Positions 40,584 to 51,139 are shown, counted from the stretch's first letter. The stretch is 64,000 nt of DNA from Bacilli bacterium (GCA_030602345.1 JAUVZX010000004.1:202-64201); one strand, 5' to 3'. Numbers and translations: made by a program. Notes: generated by a model not told the origin, from the letters alone.

Positions 40584-42022
40584 TAAATTATAAAAAAATG
40601 TATATTGAAGATTTTAATTCTCTTGAACCAAAAGAAACTTTTGAGAATATTGTTAGTTTAGCAAATGAAAGTCAAAAAGATTTTAATGCTTTTGTAACTA
40701 TTTTAGAAAATTTAGAGTATAATTCTTCCAATTCTTTGTTAGATAAAGTTCCTTACGCTCTTAAAGATAATTTTTCGACAAGAGGAATATTAACGACAGC
40801 TTCTTCTAATATATTGAAAGATTATGTACCTGTCTATGATGCAACAATTTATAAAAAATTAAAAGAAGCAGGAGCTATTTTAATAGGAAAAACATCTTTA
40901 GATGAACTTGCGATGGGTGGAAGTGGAACTACCGGTCATACAGGAACGGTTAATAATCCTTGGGATACTAATCGTTTGATAGGTGGTTCATCGGCTGGTA
41001 GTGCCGCAGTAGTAGCAGCAGGAATTGTCCCTTTTAGTATTGGTTCTGATACTGGTGATTCAATTAGAAAACCGGCAGCTTATGGTGGTGTTGTAGGATT
41101 TAAACCAACTTATGGAAGAATAAGTAGATATGGTTTATTTGCTTTTGCATCTTCATTGGATCATGTTGGATGTTTTGCTAGATCGGTAAGAGACATTACT
41201 ATAGTTACTGATGTATTAAAAGGTTATGATGATAAAGACATGACTTCTTTGGAAGATGAAGGATTTGATTATTTATCACATTTAAATGATGATATAAGTA
41301 AAAGAAAACTGTTTTATTTTAAAGATATAGTAGATAAGAAAAAATATGATAACAGTGATGTAGAGTTAATTGAAGTTTTGAATAAATTTGAAGAAACTAT
41401 TAAAAAATTGGAAAGTATTGGTTTTATTGTCGAGGGAATAGATTTTCCTAAGGAATTATTGAGTGCTTTGTATCCAACTTATATGACTATTTCTTGTGCT
41501 GAAGCAACTAGTAATAATTCAAATTTAACAGGTATTATTTTTGGTCCAAGAGAAGATGGTAAATCAATTGATGAAATTATGTTTAATACTAGAACTAAAG
41601 GTTTTTCAGAATTAATTAAGAGAAGATTTATTTTAGGAAGTTATATTCTTCAACGAGAAAATCAAGAAAAATTATTTTTAAATGCTGGTAGGATTAGAAG
41701 ATTGATAGTAGAAAAAATGAATGAGTTATTCGAAGAATATGATGGCCTAATTATGCCAACAAGCGGGGGAGTAGCGCCTCTTCCTAATAATGATATTGAT
41801 AAATTATCTGATAAGTATTTAATTTTAGAAAATCATTTAGTAATAGGTAATTTTGGAGGATACCCAAGTATTTCATTGCCGTTTGGTTTTGTTAATAAAT
41901 TGCCTATAAGCATTAATTTAACAGGGCCACAGTTTAAGGATAGTCTAGTATTAAATATGGCTCATAAAATAGAAGAGTTATTTCCTTATAAAGGTATGAT
42001 AGCAGGTGATGATAATGTATAA
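40580..42022 (+). CDS. gatA: Asp/Glu-tRNA amidotransferase subunit A
   Basis: Amidase signature GGSSAGSAAVVAAGIVPFSIGSDTGDSIRKPAAYGGVVGFKPTYGRISRYG. Confidence 0.93.
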   Translation: MINYKKMYIEDFNSLEPKETFENIVSLANESQKDFNAFVTILENLEYNSSNSLLDKVPYALKDNFSTRGILTTASSNILKDYVPVYDATIYKKLKEAGAILIGKTSLDELAMGGSGTTGHTGTVNNPWDTNRLIGGSSAGSAAVVAAGIVPFSIGSDTGDSIRKPAAYGGVVGFKPTYGRISRYGLFAFASSLDHVGCFARSVRDITIVTDVLKGYDDKDMTSLEDEGFDYLSHLNDDISKRKLFYFKDIVDKKKYDNSDVELIEVLNKFEETIKKLESIGFIVEGIDFPKELLSALYPTYMTISCAEATSNNSNLTGIIFGPREDGKSIDEIMFNTRTKGFSELIKRRFILGSYILQRENQEKLFLNAGRIRRLIVEKMNELFEEYDGLIMPTSGGVAPLPNNDIDKLSDKYLILENHLVIGNFGGYPSISLPFGFVNKLPISINLTGPQFKDSLVLNMAHKIEELFPYKGMIAGDDNV

Positions 42023-43439
42023 AGTAGTAATTGGATTAGAAGTTCATTGTGAATTAAAAACAAATTCTAAAAATTTTTCATCATCAAAAAACGAATATAC
42101 TGAAACACCTAATATTTATGTCAATGAAGTTGATTTAGGTATGCCGGGTATATTACCTGTTACAAATGCTTTTTCAGTTAAACAAGCACTTAAAACAGCA
42201 TTAGCTTTAAAGTGTGAAATACCAGATTCTGTTGTTTTTGATAGAAAAAATTATTATTATGCTGACTTACCTAAAGGATTTCAAATAACGCAAACAAGAA
42301 AACCAATGGGTAGAAATGGTTACATTAATATTTTTGTTAAAGATGAAATTAAAAAAATCGATATTGAACAAATTCATTTAGAAGAAGATACTGCCAGTAT
42401 GGTTCATCACAGTAATTATTCATTAATTGACTATAATCGTGCGGGTGTTCCTTTAATTGAAGTTGTAACTAAGCCTTGTATAAGTAATGCCGATGAAGCT
42501 TTTGGATTTTTAGAGGCTTTAAGGAACTTGTTTTTATATACTGAAGTTTCAGAAGCAAGACTTGACCGAGGAGAAATGCGCTGTGACGTTAATATTTCTC
42601 TAATGAAAGAAGAAGCGAAAGAGTTTGGAACTAAAGTTGAAATTAAGAATATCGGATCATTTTTAAATGTTAAGAATGCAATTGAATATGAAATAAACAG
42701 ACAAACAGAAGTTTTAGAGTCTGGTGATAAAGTTATTCAAGAAACTAGAAGATTTGATGAAAGGGAAATGAAAACCTTTTCAATGAGAAGTAAGGTTGAT
42801 TCAGTAGATTATAAATATTTTGTTGAGCCAAATTTACCTCCCTTTAATTTATCAAAAGAATATATATCGATAGTTAAAGAAGAAATTCCTTTATTACAAG
42901 ACGAAAGGTATTCAAAATATATAAATGAATATCAATTATCGGAGACAGATGCTAAAACACTTATTAAAGATAGAAAATTATCTGATTATTTTGAAGAAGT
43001 TATAAATTATGATATTAAACCTATAGATGCATCTATCTGGATGGTAACAGTTATTTTAGGTACATTAAATAAATTATCTTTAGATATAAATAATTTATTT
43101 TTAAGCCCTAAAATGTTATCAGATGTCATTAAAATGATTTATAAAGATGAACTTTCAAATAGTAAGGCAAAAAGTCTAATTTATGATGCAATTAAAGAAG
43201 AGAAAGATCCTATTTCTTTAATAAAAGAAATGGGCATTACTCAAATAAATGATAATTCTTTAATAGAAAATTATATTGAAGAAGCTTTAATTGAAAATGT
43301 TAATGCAATCAGTGATTATAAAAATGGTAAAGATTATGTTGTTAATTTTATAGTTGGACAGGTTATGAAAAAGACTAAGGGTCAAGCAAATCCTGTTTCA
43401 ACTGCTAACTTGGTAAAAGAAATATTAAATAGAAAATAA
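42015..43439 (+). CDS. gatB: Asp/Glu-tRNA amidotransferase subunit B
   Basis: MYKVVIGLEVHCEL.., DLGMPGILP, NRAGVPLIEVV, RCDVNIS. Start chosen at ATG 42015 (AGGTGA RBS). Confidence 0.93.
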   Translation: MYKVVIGLEVHCELKTNSKNFSSSKNEYTETPNIYVNEVDLGMPGILPVTNAFSVKQALKTALALKCEIPDSVVFDRKNYYYADLPKGFQITQTRKPMGRNGYINIFVKDEIKKIDIEQIHLEEDTASMVHHSNYSLIDYNRAGVPLIEVVTKPCISNADEAFGFLEALRNLFLYTEVSEARLDRGEMRCDVNISLMKEEAKEFGTKVEIKNIGSFLNVKNAIEYEINRQTEVLESGDKVIQETRRFDEREMKTFSMRSKVDSVDYKYFVEPNLPPFNLSKEYISIVKEEIPLLQDERYSKYINEYQLSETDAKTLIKDRKLSDYFEEVINYDIKPIDASIWMVTVILGTLNKLSLDINNLFLSPKMLSDVIKMIYKDELSNSKAKSLIYDAIKEEKDPISLIKEMGITQINDNSLIENYIEEALIENVNAISDYKNGKDYVVNFIVGQVMKKTKGQANPVSTANLVKEILNRK

Positions 43440-43493
43440 ACTAAACTATAGTTTATTTTTTTTAATGGGTATATAATTAATATAGGAGATAAT

Positions 43494-43907
43494 ATGAAAA
43501 AAAGAATTACAGCAAGAGCAATAATTTTCGATAAAGATAATATTATTCTTATGAAAAGAAAAAGAAAGACTGATTATGGCATCTTAGAATATTTTAGTAC
43601 TGTTGGTGGATTGCAAGAAGATGGTGAAACGATTGAAGAAACATTACTAAGAGAAGTAAAAGAGGAAACTAATTTGGATGTTAAGATAACTAAAAAATTA
43701 GGTTATATAGAAAAAGAAGATTTTAAAAGTTATTATTTCCTTTGTGAAATAATCGGTGGCAAAATGACTTTAGGCGGAGAAGAGGCTTTTTACAATAATC
43801 AAGATAATTATTATGAATTAGTTGTAGTTCCTTTTAATGAAGTCGAAGGATTAAACATTTTTGGAAAAGAAAAAGTATTAGAGGGGATTAAATATTTATA
43901 TGATTAA
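43494..43907 (+). CDS. NUDIX hydrolase
   Basis: Nudix box GGLQEDGETIEETLLREVKEETNL. Confidence 0.8.
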   Translation: MKKRITARAIIFDKDNIILMKRKRKTDYGILEYFSTVGGLQEDGETIEETLLREVKEETNLDVKITKKLGYIEKEDFKSYYFLCEIIGGKMTLGGEEAFYNNQDNYYELVVVPFNEVEGLNIFGKEKVLEGIKYLYD

Positions 43908-44703
43908 CATTTTATTTTTAATATTTTTGTCATTTTTACCAGTTTTTTTGGTAGGAAGATACATTTATAAACATGATGAAGACAAAGATTCTAAAAAGAT
44001 TTTATTTAAACTTTTTATGGCTGGTGTAGCTTCTGCATTTGTAGCAGTGATTTTTTCTCTAACTATTCAATCAATTTTAGGTTTAACTGGAGAAACTACT
44101 GATATGAACTTACTTCAAATATTTATATATGCTTTTGTAGTAGTAGCCTTTTCTGAAGAGTTGGCTAAATGGTTTTTTACTTATTCAATTGGATACAAAA
44201 GCAAATATTTTGATCGTCCATTTGAAATAATTTTATATTCGGTATTTGTTGCTTTAGGCTTTGCCGCTTTTGAAAATATATTGTATGTTTTTGCCAATGA
44301 AACGTTTGGCCAAAGTATTTTTGTAGGTGTTATAAGATCAATAACTGCTATTCCTGCTCATGCAATTGATGGAATATTTATGGGATATTTCTTAAGTTTA
44401 GCTAAACAAGCAGAGGTTAAGATGGAACATAGTTCTAAAAAGAAATATTTATTTTTGAGTTTACTAGTTCCAATATTCTTACATGGATTATATGACTTTT
44501 TAGCGTTCAGTGGGCATAAAAGTTTTATCTTTATCATTTTATTTTTTATAGTCTTAGTATTACTATATATCATTGGTTTTTCTAAAATTAAAAAAGTATC
44601 AAAGATAAAAGAAAGACTATTTTACAAAAATAATTTTTGTCATAAATGTGGTTCTAAAGTCGTGACTGATTTTTGCCAAATTTGTGGTAATAAAAACGTA
44701 TAG
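43900..44703 (+). CDS. PrsW-family intramembrane protease with C-terminal zinc ribbon
   Basis: Multi-TM protein. SEELAKW, FAAFENILY, HAIDGIFMGY, HGLYDF. C-terminal CHKCGSKVVTDFCQICGNK. Confidence 0.7.
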   Translation: MINILFLIFLSFLPVFLVGRYIYKHDEDKDSKKILFKLFMAGVASAFVAVIFSLTIQSILGLTGETTDMNLLQIFIYAFVVVAFSEELAKWFFTYSIGYKSKYFDRPFEIILYSVFVALGFAAFENILYVFANETFGQSIFVGVIRSITAIPAHAIDGIFMGYFLSLAKQAEVKMEHSSKKKYLFLSLLVPIFLHGLYDFLAFSGHKSFIFIILFFIVLVLLYIIGFSKIKKVSKIKERLFYKNNFCHKCGSKVVTDFCQICGNKNV

Positions 44704-44712
44704 GAGGAAATT

Positions 44713-45486
44713 ATGGAAAATTATTTTTTTATCGCATCGATCATATTTATATATATGAGTATCTTTTTTGTAATTGCACTTTTTAAAAGAAATAATTCAA
44801 TTGCTGATATAGCTTGGGGAATGGGTTTTGTTTTGATTACTGTGTTTTCATTTTCAAGAGCATTGGATGTCTTTGAAAGAACTTTATTAATTAATATATT
44901 AGTTTTAATTTGGGGCTTGAGATTGGCATATTATATTTTAAAACGAAATTACAAAAAGAAGGAAGACTTCAGATATGCTAATTGGCGAAAAGAATGGAAG
45001 CAGCACTTTTTGATTAGAAGTTATCTTCAAGTATTTATGCTTCAAGGATTGATCATGTATATTATAGCTCTTCCAATTATGGCAAATAATTTTACTGAGG
45101 TACAAAGTTTAAATATTTTTGATATAATAGGATTAACAATATGGATGATAGGATTCTTATTTGAATCAATTGGTGATTTTCAATTGAAACAATTCATTTC
45201 AAAAGAAGAAAATAAAGGCAAAATAATGCAGTCAGGGTTATGGAAATATACTAGACACCCTAATTATTTTGGTGAATCTGCAATGTGGATAGGAATAGCT
45301 CTAATATCATTTAGAAGTTTTTCAAATCCTCTATTTGCAATCATTAGTCCTTTATTGATCACATATTTGTTGTTATTTGTTTCTGGAGTGCCTCTTCTTG
45401 AAGAAAAGTATAAAGATAATCTGGAATTTCAAGAATATGCAAAAAGAACAAGTAAGTTTATTCCATGGTTTGTAAAGAAAGGATAG
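44713..45486 (+). CDS. DUF1295 / steroid-5-alpha-reductase-like membrane protein
   Basis: Multi-TM protein. [20 protein letters not shown] signature. Confidence 0.7.
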   Translation: MENYFFIASIIFIYMSIFFVIALFKRNNSIADIAWGMGFVLITVFSFSRALDVFERTLLINILVLIWGLRLAYYILKRNYKKKEDFRYANWRKEWKQHFLIRSYLQVFMLQGLIMYIIALPIMANNFTEVQSLNIFDIIGLTIWMIGFLFESIGDFQLKQFISKEENKGKIMQSGLWKYTRHPNYFGESAMWIGIALISFRSFSNPLFAIISPLLITYLLLFVSGVPLLEEKYKDNLEFQEYAKRTSKFIPWFVKKG

Positions 45487-45490
45487 AAAA

Positions 45491-45889
45491 GTGAGTTACA
45501 TTAAGATGTATTTAATTGCTTTAGTATTCTTCTTGATTATTGATTTAGTATGGCTAGGAGTTATTGCTAAAAATTTATATCAAAAAGAAATTGGAGCATT
45601 GTTGCTAGATAATCCAAATTGGGTAGCAGCAATTATCTTTTACTTGCTATTCTTAGTAGGATTAGTCTACTTTGTTATTAATCCAGCAATTGTAAATGAA
45701 GATTTTACAAAATTATTAATTTCAGCAGCATTTTTTGGATTTATAACTTACGCGACTTATGACCTTACTAATTTGGCAACTCTAGATGGTTGGTCTATTA
45801 AAATAACAATTATAGATCTTATCTGGGGAACATTTTTATCTACGGCAGTTTCAGTTTTAACATATTTAACATATTTTTTAATTAAGTGA
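45491..45889 (+). CDS. DUF2177-like small membrane protein
   Basis: 132 aa; GTG start; four hydrophobic helices. IDLVWLGVIAKNLYQKEIG and TYATYDLTN patterns. Confidence 0.55.
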   Translation: MSYIKMYLIALVFFLIIDLVWLGVIAKNLYQKEIGALLLDNPNWVAAIIFYLLFLVGLVYFVINPAIVNEDFTKLLISAAFFGFITYATYDLTNLATLDGWSIKITIIDLIWGTFLSTAVSVLTYLTYFLIK

Positions 45890-45897
45890 GGAATAAA

Positions 45898-46677
45898 ATG
45901 AAAGAAAAAATAGAAAAATTAAAGAAATTTAACTTATTGATGGGAAGCTTCCATCTTATACAAGGTATCATAATGTTGTTTTTATCATATTCAGTTATTC
46001 AAAAAATAGCCGAATTTCAACCAATGATAATTCAATATTATCAAACATTCAATTTTGATACTCAATCATTAGAAGTTGTTCAAAGAGAGTTATTCCAATT
46101 GCCTTTCGGAATAATGGTAGCAATGTTTCTATTGATATCAGCAGCAGCTCATGGAATCATCTATTTAAACGCTGATAAATATGAAGCAGATCTTAAAAAA
46201 GGAATTAATCGTTTTAGATGGTTTGAATATGCACTTAGTTCATCAATCATGATTGTACTAATTGCAACATTATTTGGTATTTATGATATATCTTCATTAA
46301 TATTAATATTTTTAGTAAATGCTGCGATGAATTTATTTGGTTTAGATATGGAACTTTTAAATTCTGGAGCTAACAAGACTAAAGTTAATTGGGGACCATT
46401 TATTTGGGGTTCAATAGCAGGTATAGCACCTTGGATAGCTATCTTAATTTATATGTTTGGAACAGGTAATTTTGATATGGTTCCATGGTTTGTCTGGGCT
46501 ATTGTAGGAACATATTTTGTTGCTTTCAATACTTTCCCAATCAATATGATTTTACAGTATAAGAAAGTAGGTAAATGGAAAGATTATTTATATGGTGAGA
46601 GAGTATACATAATTTTAAGTTTAGTTGCTAAATCAGTACTTGCTTGGCTAGTTTTATTCGGAGCAATGCAACCATAA
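45898..46677 (+). CDS. heliorhodopsin
   Basis: Start ATG 45898 (GTGAGGA RBS). 7-TM protein. NRFRWFEYALSSSIMIVLIA and GERVYIILSLVAKSVLAW closely match the heliorhodopsin 48C12 blocks as I recall them (NIFRWVEYSLSSSVMIVLIA, GERAYIVLSLVAKSALAW). Candidate Schiff-base Lys codon 46630-46632; counterion Glu codon 46225-46227. Confidence 0.8.
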   Translation: MKEKIEKLKKFNLLMGSFHLIQGIIMLFLSYSVIQKIAEFQPMIIQYYQTFNFDTQSLEVVQRELFQLPFGIMVAMFLLISAAAHGIIYLNADKYEADLKKGINRFRWFEYALSSSIMIVLIATLFGIYDISSLILIFLVNAAMNLFGLDMELLNSGANKTKVNWGPFIWGSIAGIAPWIAILIYMFGTGNFDMVPWFVWAIVGTYFVAFNTFPINMILQYKKVGKWKDYLYGERVYIILSLVAKSVLAWLVLFGAMQP

Positions 46678-46701
46678 GACAAGTTTAACTTGTCTTTTTT
46701 T
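46677..46701 (+). terminator. terminator-like hairpin between heliorhodopsin and photolyase
   Basis: AGACAAG-TTTAA-CTTGTCT plus T-run, immediately followed by AGGAGG RBS 46702-46707 and ATG 46712. Confidence 0.6.
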
Positions 46702-46711
46702 AGGAGGACAA

Positions 46712-48013
46712 ATGGGTAGAATTAAATATTTAAATGAAGAGACTTTGAAAGATAGGGAATTTGTTGCTTATTTTATGCAATCTGCTGTCAGAGTTGATTA
46801 CAATCATGCATTAGAATATGCGATTAAAAGAGCTAATGATTTAAATAAACCATTGTTAGTTTTCTTTGGTTTGTATGAAAATTATCCAAATGCAAATTAT
46901 CGCCACTTTAAATTTTTACTTGAAGGATTAAAAGAAGTAAAAGAAGAATTAAATAAAAAGAATATAAAATTGATTATTGAAAAAAGTCATCCTAAAGAAC
47001 TAGCTTTAAAGATTTCAAAAATTTCCTCTTTGATGGTAACTGATAAAAACTATTTAAAACATATTAATATATGGAAAAAAGAGTTGGCTAATGAAATAGA
47101 TATTCCTTTAGTTGAAATAGAAACTAATTTAATAATTCCTATAGAAGAAGTAAGCGAAAAAGAGGAGTATTCGGCAGCAACTATCAGAAAAAAGATTAAT
47201 AGCATTATTGATGTTCATACTAATGATTTTAAAATTAGTGAAATTATAAATTCTTCTTTATATTTTAGTTATAATGAATATGATTTGAATATTGAAAAAT
47301 TATTAATTGATCGAAGTGTTGATGAATCTATTTATAAAGGTGGAATAAGTGAAGCTAGAAAACATTTACAATATTTTATTGATAGTAAAGAATCAAAATA
47401 CGATGAATTGAGAAATCATCCTAATTTAGACTATCAATCAAATATGAGTCCTTATCTTCACTTTGGACAAATATCCCCTTTAGAAATATATTTAAAAACA
47501 AAAGATAAAAGTTTTTATGAAGAACTAGTAGTTAGAAGAGAACTTGCATTTAATTTTGTTTATTATAATGAGAATTATGATAATTATAAATGTCTTCCGG
47601 AATGGGCGATTAAAACTCTTGAAAAACATTCGATGGACGAAAGAGCATATATATATTCAATAGAAGAATTAGAAAATTATCAAACCCACGATCCTTATTG
47701 GAATGCCTGTCAAAAAGAAATGGTTAAAACAGGGAAAATGCATGGTTACATGCGAATGTATTGGGGCAAAAAAGTAATTGAGTGGACAAAAGATTATAAA
47801 GAAGCATATTCTACCTTAGTATATTTAAATGATAAGTATAGTTTAGATGGAAGAGATCCTAATGGTTATGCAGGTATTGCATGGTGTTTTGGTAAGCATG
47901 ATCGTCCTTGGACAGAAAGAAATGTATTTGGAATGGTAAGATATATGAATGACAAAGGTTTAGAGAGAAAATTCGATATAAAAGATTATATTTTGAAGAT
48001 AGATAAATTGTAA
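46712..48013 (+). CDS. class II CPD deoxyribodipyrimidine photolyase
   Basis: 433 aa. MSPYLHFGQISPLEIY, WNACQKEMVKTGKMHGYMRMYWGKKVIEW, DGRDPNGYAGIAWCFGKHDRPW. Confidence 0.85.
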   Translation: MGRIKYLNEETLKDREFVAYFMQSAVRVDYNHALEYAIKRANDLNKPLLVFFGLYENYPNANYRHFKFLLEGLKEVKEELNKKNIKLIIEKSHPKELALKISKISSLMVTDKNYLKHINIWKKELANEIDIPLVEIETNLIIPIEEVSEKEEYSAATIRKKINSIIDVHTNDFKISEIINSSLYFSYNEYDLNIEKLLIDRSVDESIYKGGISEARKHLQYFIDSKESKYDELRNHPNLDYQSNMSPYLHFGQISPLEIYLKTKDKSFYEELVVRRELAFNFVYYNENYDNYKCLPEWAIKTLEKHSMDERAYIYSIEELENYQTHDPYWNACQKEMVKTGKMHGYMRMYWGKKVIEWTKDYKEAYSTLVYLNDKYSLDGRDPNGYAGIAWCFGKHDRPWTERNVFGMVRYMNDKGLERKFDIKDYILKIDKL

Positions 48014-48047
48014 AATATGTTATAATATCTATAGAAATGAGGCAAAT

Positions 48048-49475
48048 ATGAAAAAGAATAATAAAATAACTTCAAGAGAACTTGATTTTGCTCAGTGGTA
48101 TACAGATATCGTTAAAGAAGCAGGACTTGCAACATATAGTCCGATTAAAGGTTCTTTAATCATTGAAGAATATGGATATGCCATTTGGGAATCAATGCAA
48201 GAAGTATTAGATGATATGTTTAAAAAAACAGGACATAAAAATGTATATATGCCTTTATTCATAAATGAAAGTTTACTTAATAAAGAAAAAGATCACATTG
48301 AAGGTTTCGCTCCTGAGGTTGCATGGGTCACGCATGGAGGGAATGAAAAGTTAGAAGAAAGACTTTGTGTTAGACCTACTTCTGAAACTTTATTTAGCGA
48401 TTATTATTCTAAAAAGATTAAATCATATAGAGATTTGCCAAGACTATATAATCAATGGTGTAGTGTAGTCAGATGGGAGAAAGAAACAAGACCCTTTTTA
48501 AGAAGTAGAGAATTTTTATGGCAAGAGGGTCATACTGTTCATGAAACAGAAAAAGAAGCTAGAGAAGAAACTCTAAAAATGTTAGACGTATACGAAACTT
48601 TTTTCAAAGAATATTTAGCTATTCCTGTAATAAAAGGAAGAAAAACCGAAAAGGAAAAATTTGCAGGAGCTGTAGAAACTTATACAATTGAAGCTATGAT
48701 GCACAATGGTATTATTTTACAATCTGGAACAACCCATTATTTTGGAACAAATTTTTCAAAACCTTTTGAAATAACCTTTTTAGATAGAAATAATGAACTT
48801 CAATATGCTCATCAAAGTTCTTGGGGTGTTTCTACAAGGATGATTGGAGCACTTATTATGACTCATGGAGATGACAATGGATTAATTATTCCTCCAAAAA
48901 TAGCACCAACACAAGTAGTTATTATTCCAATTGGAGAAGATGAAAAAGTGGTACAAAAAGCAAAAGAATTGGAAACTAGTTTACTCAAAAATAATATAAG
49001 AGTAATCGTAGATGATTCTCCAAAAACTCCAGGATTTAAATTTGCTCAAAATGAAATGTTAGGAATTCCTTTAAGAATTGAATTTGGATTAAGGGATTTA
49101 GAAAAAAATCAAATAGTTTTAGCACGAAGAGATGATTATTCTAAAAAGGAAGTAAGTTTAGATGAAGATCTAAATGAGCTCGTTTCTAATATTTTAGAAG
49201 AGATACAAAAAGACATTTATAATAAAGCTTTAGCACGAAGAGAAGAAAGAACATATAAATGTACTTCAAAAGAAGAGCTAGAAGATATTGTTAAAAACAA
49301 ACCGGGTTTTATAAAAGCTATGTGGTGTGAAGATGAAAATTGTGAGACTGCTTTAAAAGAAATTGGTGGTTTAAAAAGTAGATGTATTCCTTTTGAAGAA
49401 GAACACTTCTATGATAAGTGTATCTGTTGTGGTAGAAAAGCAAAGAAAATGCTTTACTGGGGAATTCAATATTAA
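48048..49475 (+). CDS. proS: prolyl-tRNA synthetase, archaeal/eukaryote-like type
   Basis: 475 aa. DFAQWYTDIVKEAGLA, RPTSETLF, FLWQEGHT, C-terminal CxxC..CICCG and terminal Tyr. Confidence 0.9.
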   Translation: MKKNNKITSRELDFAQWYTDIVKEAGLATYSPIKGSLIIEEYGYAIWESMQEVLDDMFKKTGHKNVYMPLFINESLLNKEKDHIEGFAPEVAWVTHGGNEKLEERLCVRPTSETLFSDYYSKKIKSYRDLPRLYNQWCSVVRWEKETRPFLRSREFLWQEGHTVHETEKEAREETLKMLDVYETFFKEYLAIPVIKGRKTEKEKFAGAVETYTIEAMMHNGIILQSGTTHYFGTNFSKPFEITFLDRNNELQYAHQSSWGVSTRMIGALIMTHGDDNGLIIPPKIAPTQVVIIPIGEDEKVVQKAKELETSLLKNNIRVIVDDSPKTPGFKFAQNEMLGIPLRIEFGLRDLEKNQIVLARRDDYSKKEVSLDEDLNELVSNILEEIQKDIYNKALARREERTYKCTSKEELEDIVKNKPGFIKAMWCEDENCETALKEIGGLKSRCIPFEEEHFYDKCICCGRKAKKMLYWGIQY

Positions 49476-49524
49476 TTTATTTAATGAATTGTTTATGATA
49501 TAATTATTTTAAATAGGAGGAAAA

Positions 49525-50289
49525 ATGATTAAATTTTGTAGTAAGTGTGGAGTACCAAATCCAATGGAGGCTGCTTTCTGTGGTAAATGTGGTAATCCTT
49601 TAGGTGGGTTTGAAAATAATGTTGTTAAGGAAGAAATTGAAATTATTGAAGAAACAACATCATTTCCAAAAGAAGAAACAATAAATCAGTATAGTAATTA
49701 TAATAATTATCAACAACCAAAAATGGAACCTATGATTCAAAAAAGTAGTAAAAACTACTTTGGACCAGTATTATTAATTTCGATAATAATTGGTATATTA
49801 GCAGCTGTTTTAACTATGTTTGTTTTAACAACTGATACTTTTAAAGAGTTTAGGGAAAGACTTGAAAGTGAAATCAATGAAGAAACAACATCAGGCTTAG
49901 TTACTTATGGGAACTCTGAATATGGTTTTATTAAATTACCTTCAGACTTTGAGATAGTTGATGACGTAGATGATAGATATGATGTTTTTTCAGAAGAGAG
50001 ACAAGTATATATAACTTTGATAACAATGGAAAAAGATAATTTAACTTTCAATGAAGGTGTTGATTCGTTTGGTACATTCTTAGAAACACTTTCATCAAGT
50101 AATTTCAGAAAACAGTATGTTTATGGTAAAGATTATGATGCCATAATAACATTCAATCAAGAAAACATGGGTTTTATTTCAGAATCTAAAGTATATTTCA
50201 TTGATGGCTCTAGAATTGGAATTGTTTCAGTAACACTAGAACCGGGAAGCGATTTTGATGTTGAAACCTATCTTAAATCATATAGATAA
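49525..50289 (+). CDS. zinc-ribbon membrane protein of unknown function
   Basis: N-terminal CSKCGVPNP..FCGKCGNPL, a central TM helix, and an extracytoplasmic C-terminal domain. Confidence 0.5.
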   Translation: MIKFCSKCGVPNPMEAAFCGKCGNPLGGFENNVVKEEIEIIEETTSFPKEETINQYSNYNNYQQPKMEPMIQKSSKNYFGPVLLISIIIGILAAVLTMFVLTTDTFKEFRERLESEINEETTSGLVTYGNSEYGFIKLPSDFEIVDDVDDRYDVFSEERQVYITLITMEKDNLTFNEGVDSFGTFLETLSSSNFRKQYVYGKDYDAIITFNQENMGFISESKVYFIDGSRIGIVSVTLEPGSDFDVETYLKSYR

Positions 50290-50292
50290 AAA

Positions 50293-50319
50293 TAAAAAAA
50301 TGAGGTAACTCATTTTTTT
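50293..50319. terminator. bidirectional terminator
   Basis: AAAAAATGAG-GTAA-CTCATTTTTT between convergent genes. Confidence 0.65.
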
Positions 50320-51073
50320 ATTTTATCATATAACTTATAACTGTTATTAAACCATCTTTTTCTTTGAAAACGTGAACTCTATTATATAATTCACTTTCAT
50401 TTTCTTTTAAAAACTCCATTATTTCATCTTTTTTTTCTGGATCATCGCAAGCATAGTCTAAAACTGCAAATCCTTCTTCATATCTAGAGTCTTTATATAA
50501 GTGGCATTTTATTTCTTCTGTCTCTTCGTTGTATCTAGAAAGTTGATAAGATATTTTACTATGTATTTCCGTTAAATCTTTTACTTCTTTACCAAATCTC
50601 TCAACAATAAAGTATCCTTGTCCAAACGGATCGCAACCATCAACAAATACAGAATTTCTTTTGAACTTTTGAATTTCCTTGTCATAATTCCAAGTGTTTG
50701 ATGAACAGCCAGATGATGTGCTTCCTTCTATTTCGCTTAAATCAAAATCCAACTCTTGTCCAAATAAAATTAAATATTCTTCACTAAATTTTTCTTCGTC
50801 TAGGTAACAAAAATCTTCGTCACATTCAAACTCAAACAAATCGAAGTATTCAATTTTATCTAATACTCTTTTAATTTTTGTATGATTATCAATAGTTGTA
50901 TAATCTTCAATTGAATTAAATTCATAACCAATTATTCCATCAATCATTTTAAACATAGTATTATAAACTTCTGTTCTATCTTCTTTTGGTCTCATTGTCA
51001 AAAATAAGCCAGAAACAATAATTAAAATAACTATTATTATTCCTCCAAAAATATATATTTTTTTATTTTCCAT
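50318..51073 (-). CDS. membrane-anchored hypothetical protein
   Basis: 251 aa; N-terminal TM IYIFGGIIIVILIIVSGLFL; Cys-containing extracytoplasmic domain. Confidence 0.45.
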   Translation of the reverse strand: MENKKIYIFGGIIIVILIIVSGLFLTMRPKEDRTEVYNTMFKMIDGIIGYEFNSIEDYTTIDNHTKIKRVLDKIEYFDLFEFECDEDFCYLDEEKFSEEYLILFGQELDFDLSEIEGSTSSGCSSNTWNYDKEIQKFKRNSVFVDGCDPFGQGYFIVERFGKEVKDLTEIHSKISYQLSRYNEETEEIKCHLYKDSRYEEGFAVLDYACDDPEKKDEIMEFLKENESELYNRVHVFKEKDGLITVISYMIK

Positions 51074-51139
51074 CTTAACCTCCGTTAAAATAATTATAAC
51101 ATAAATAGTATATTATGCTATAATTTAGTTGGTGAAAAT

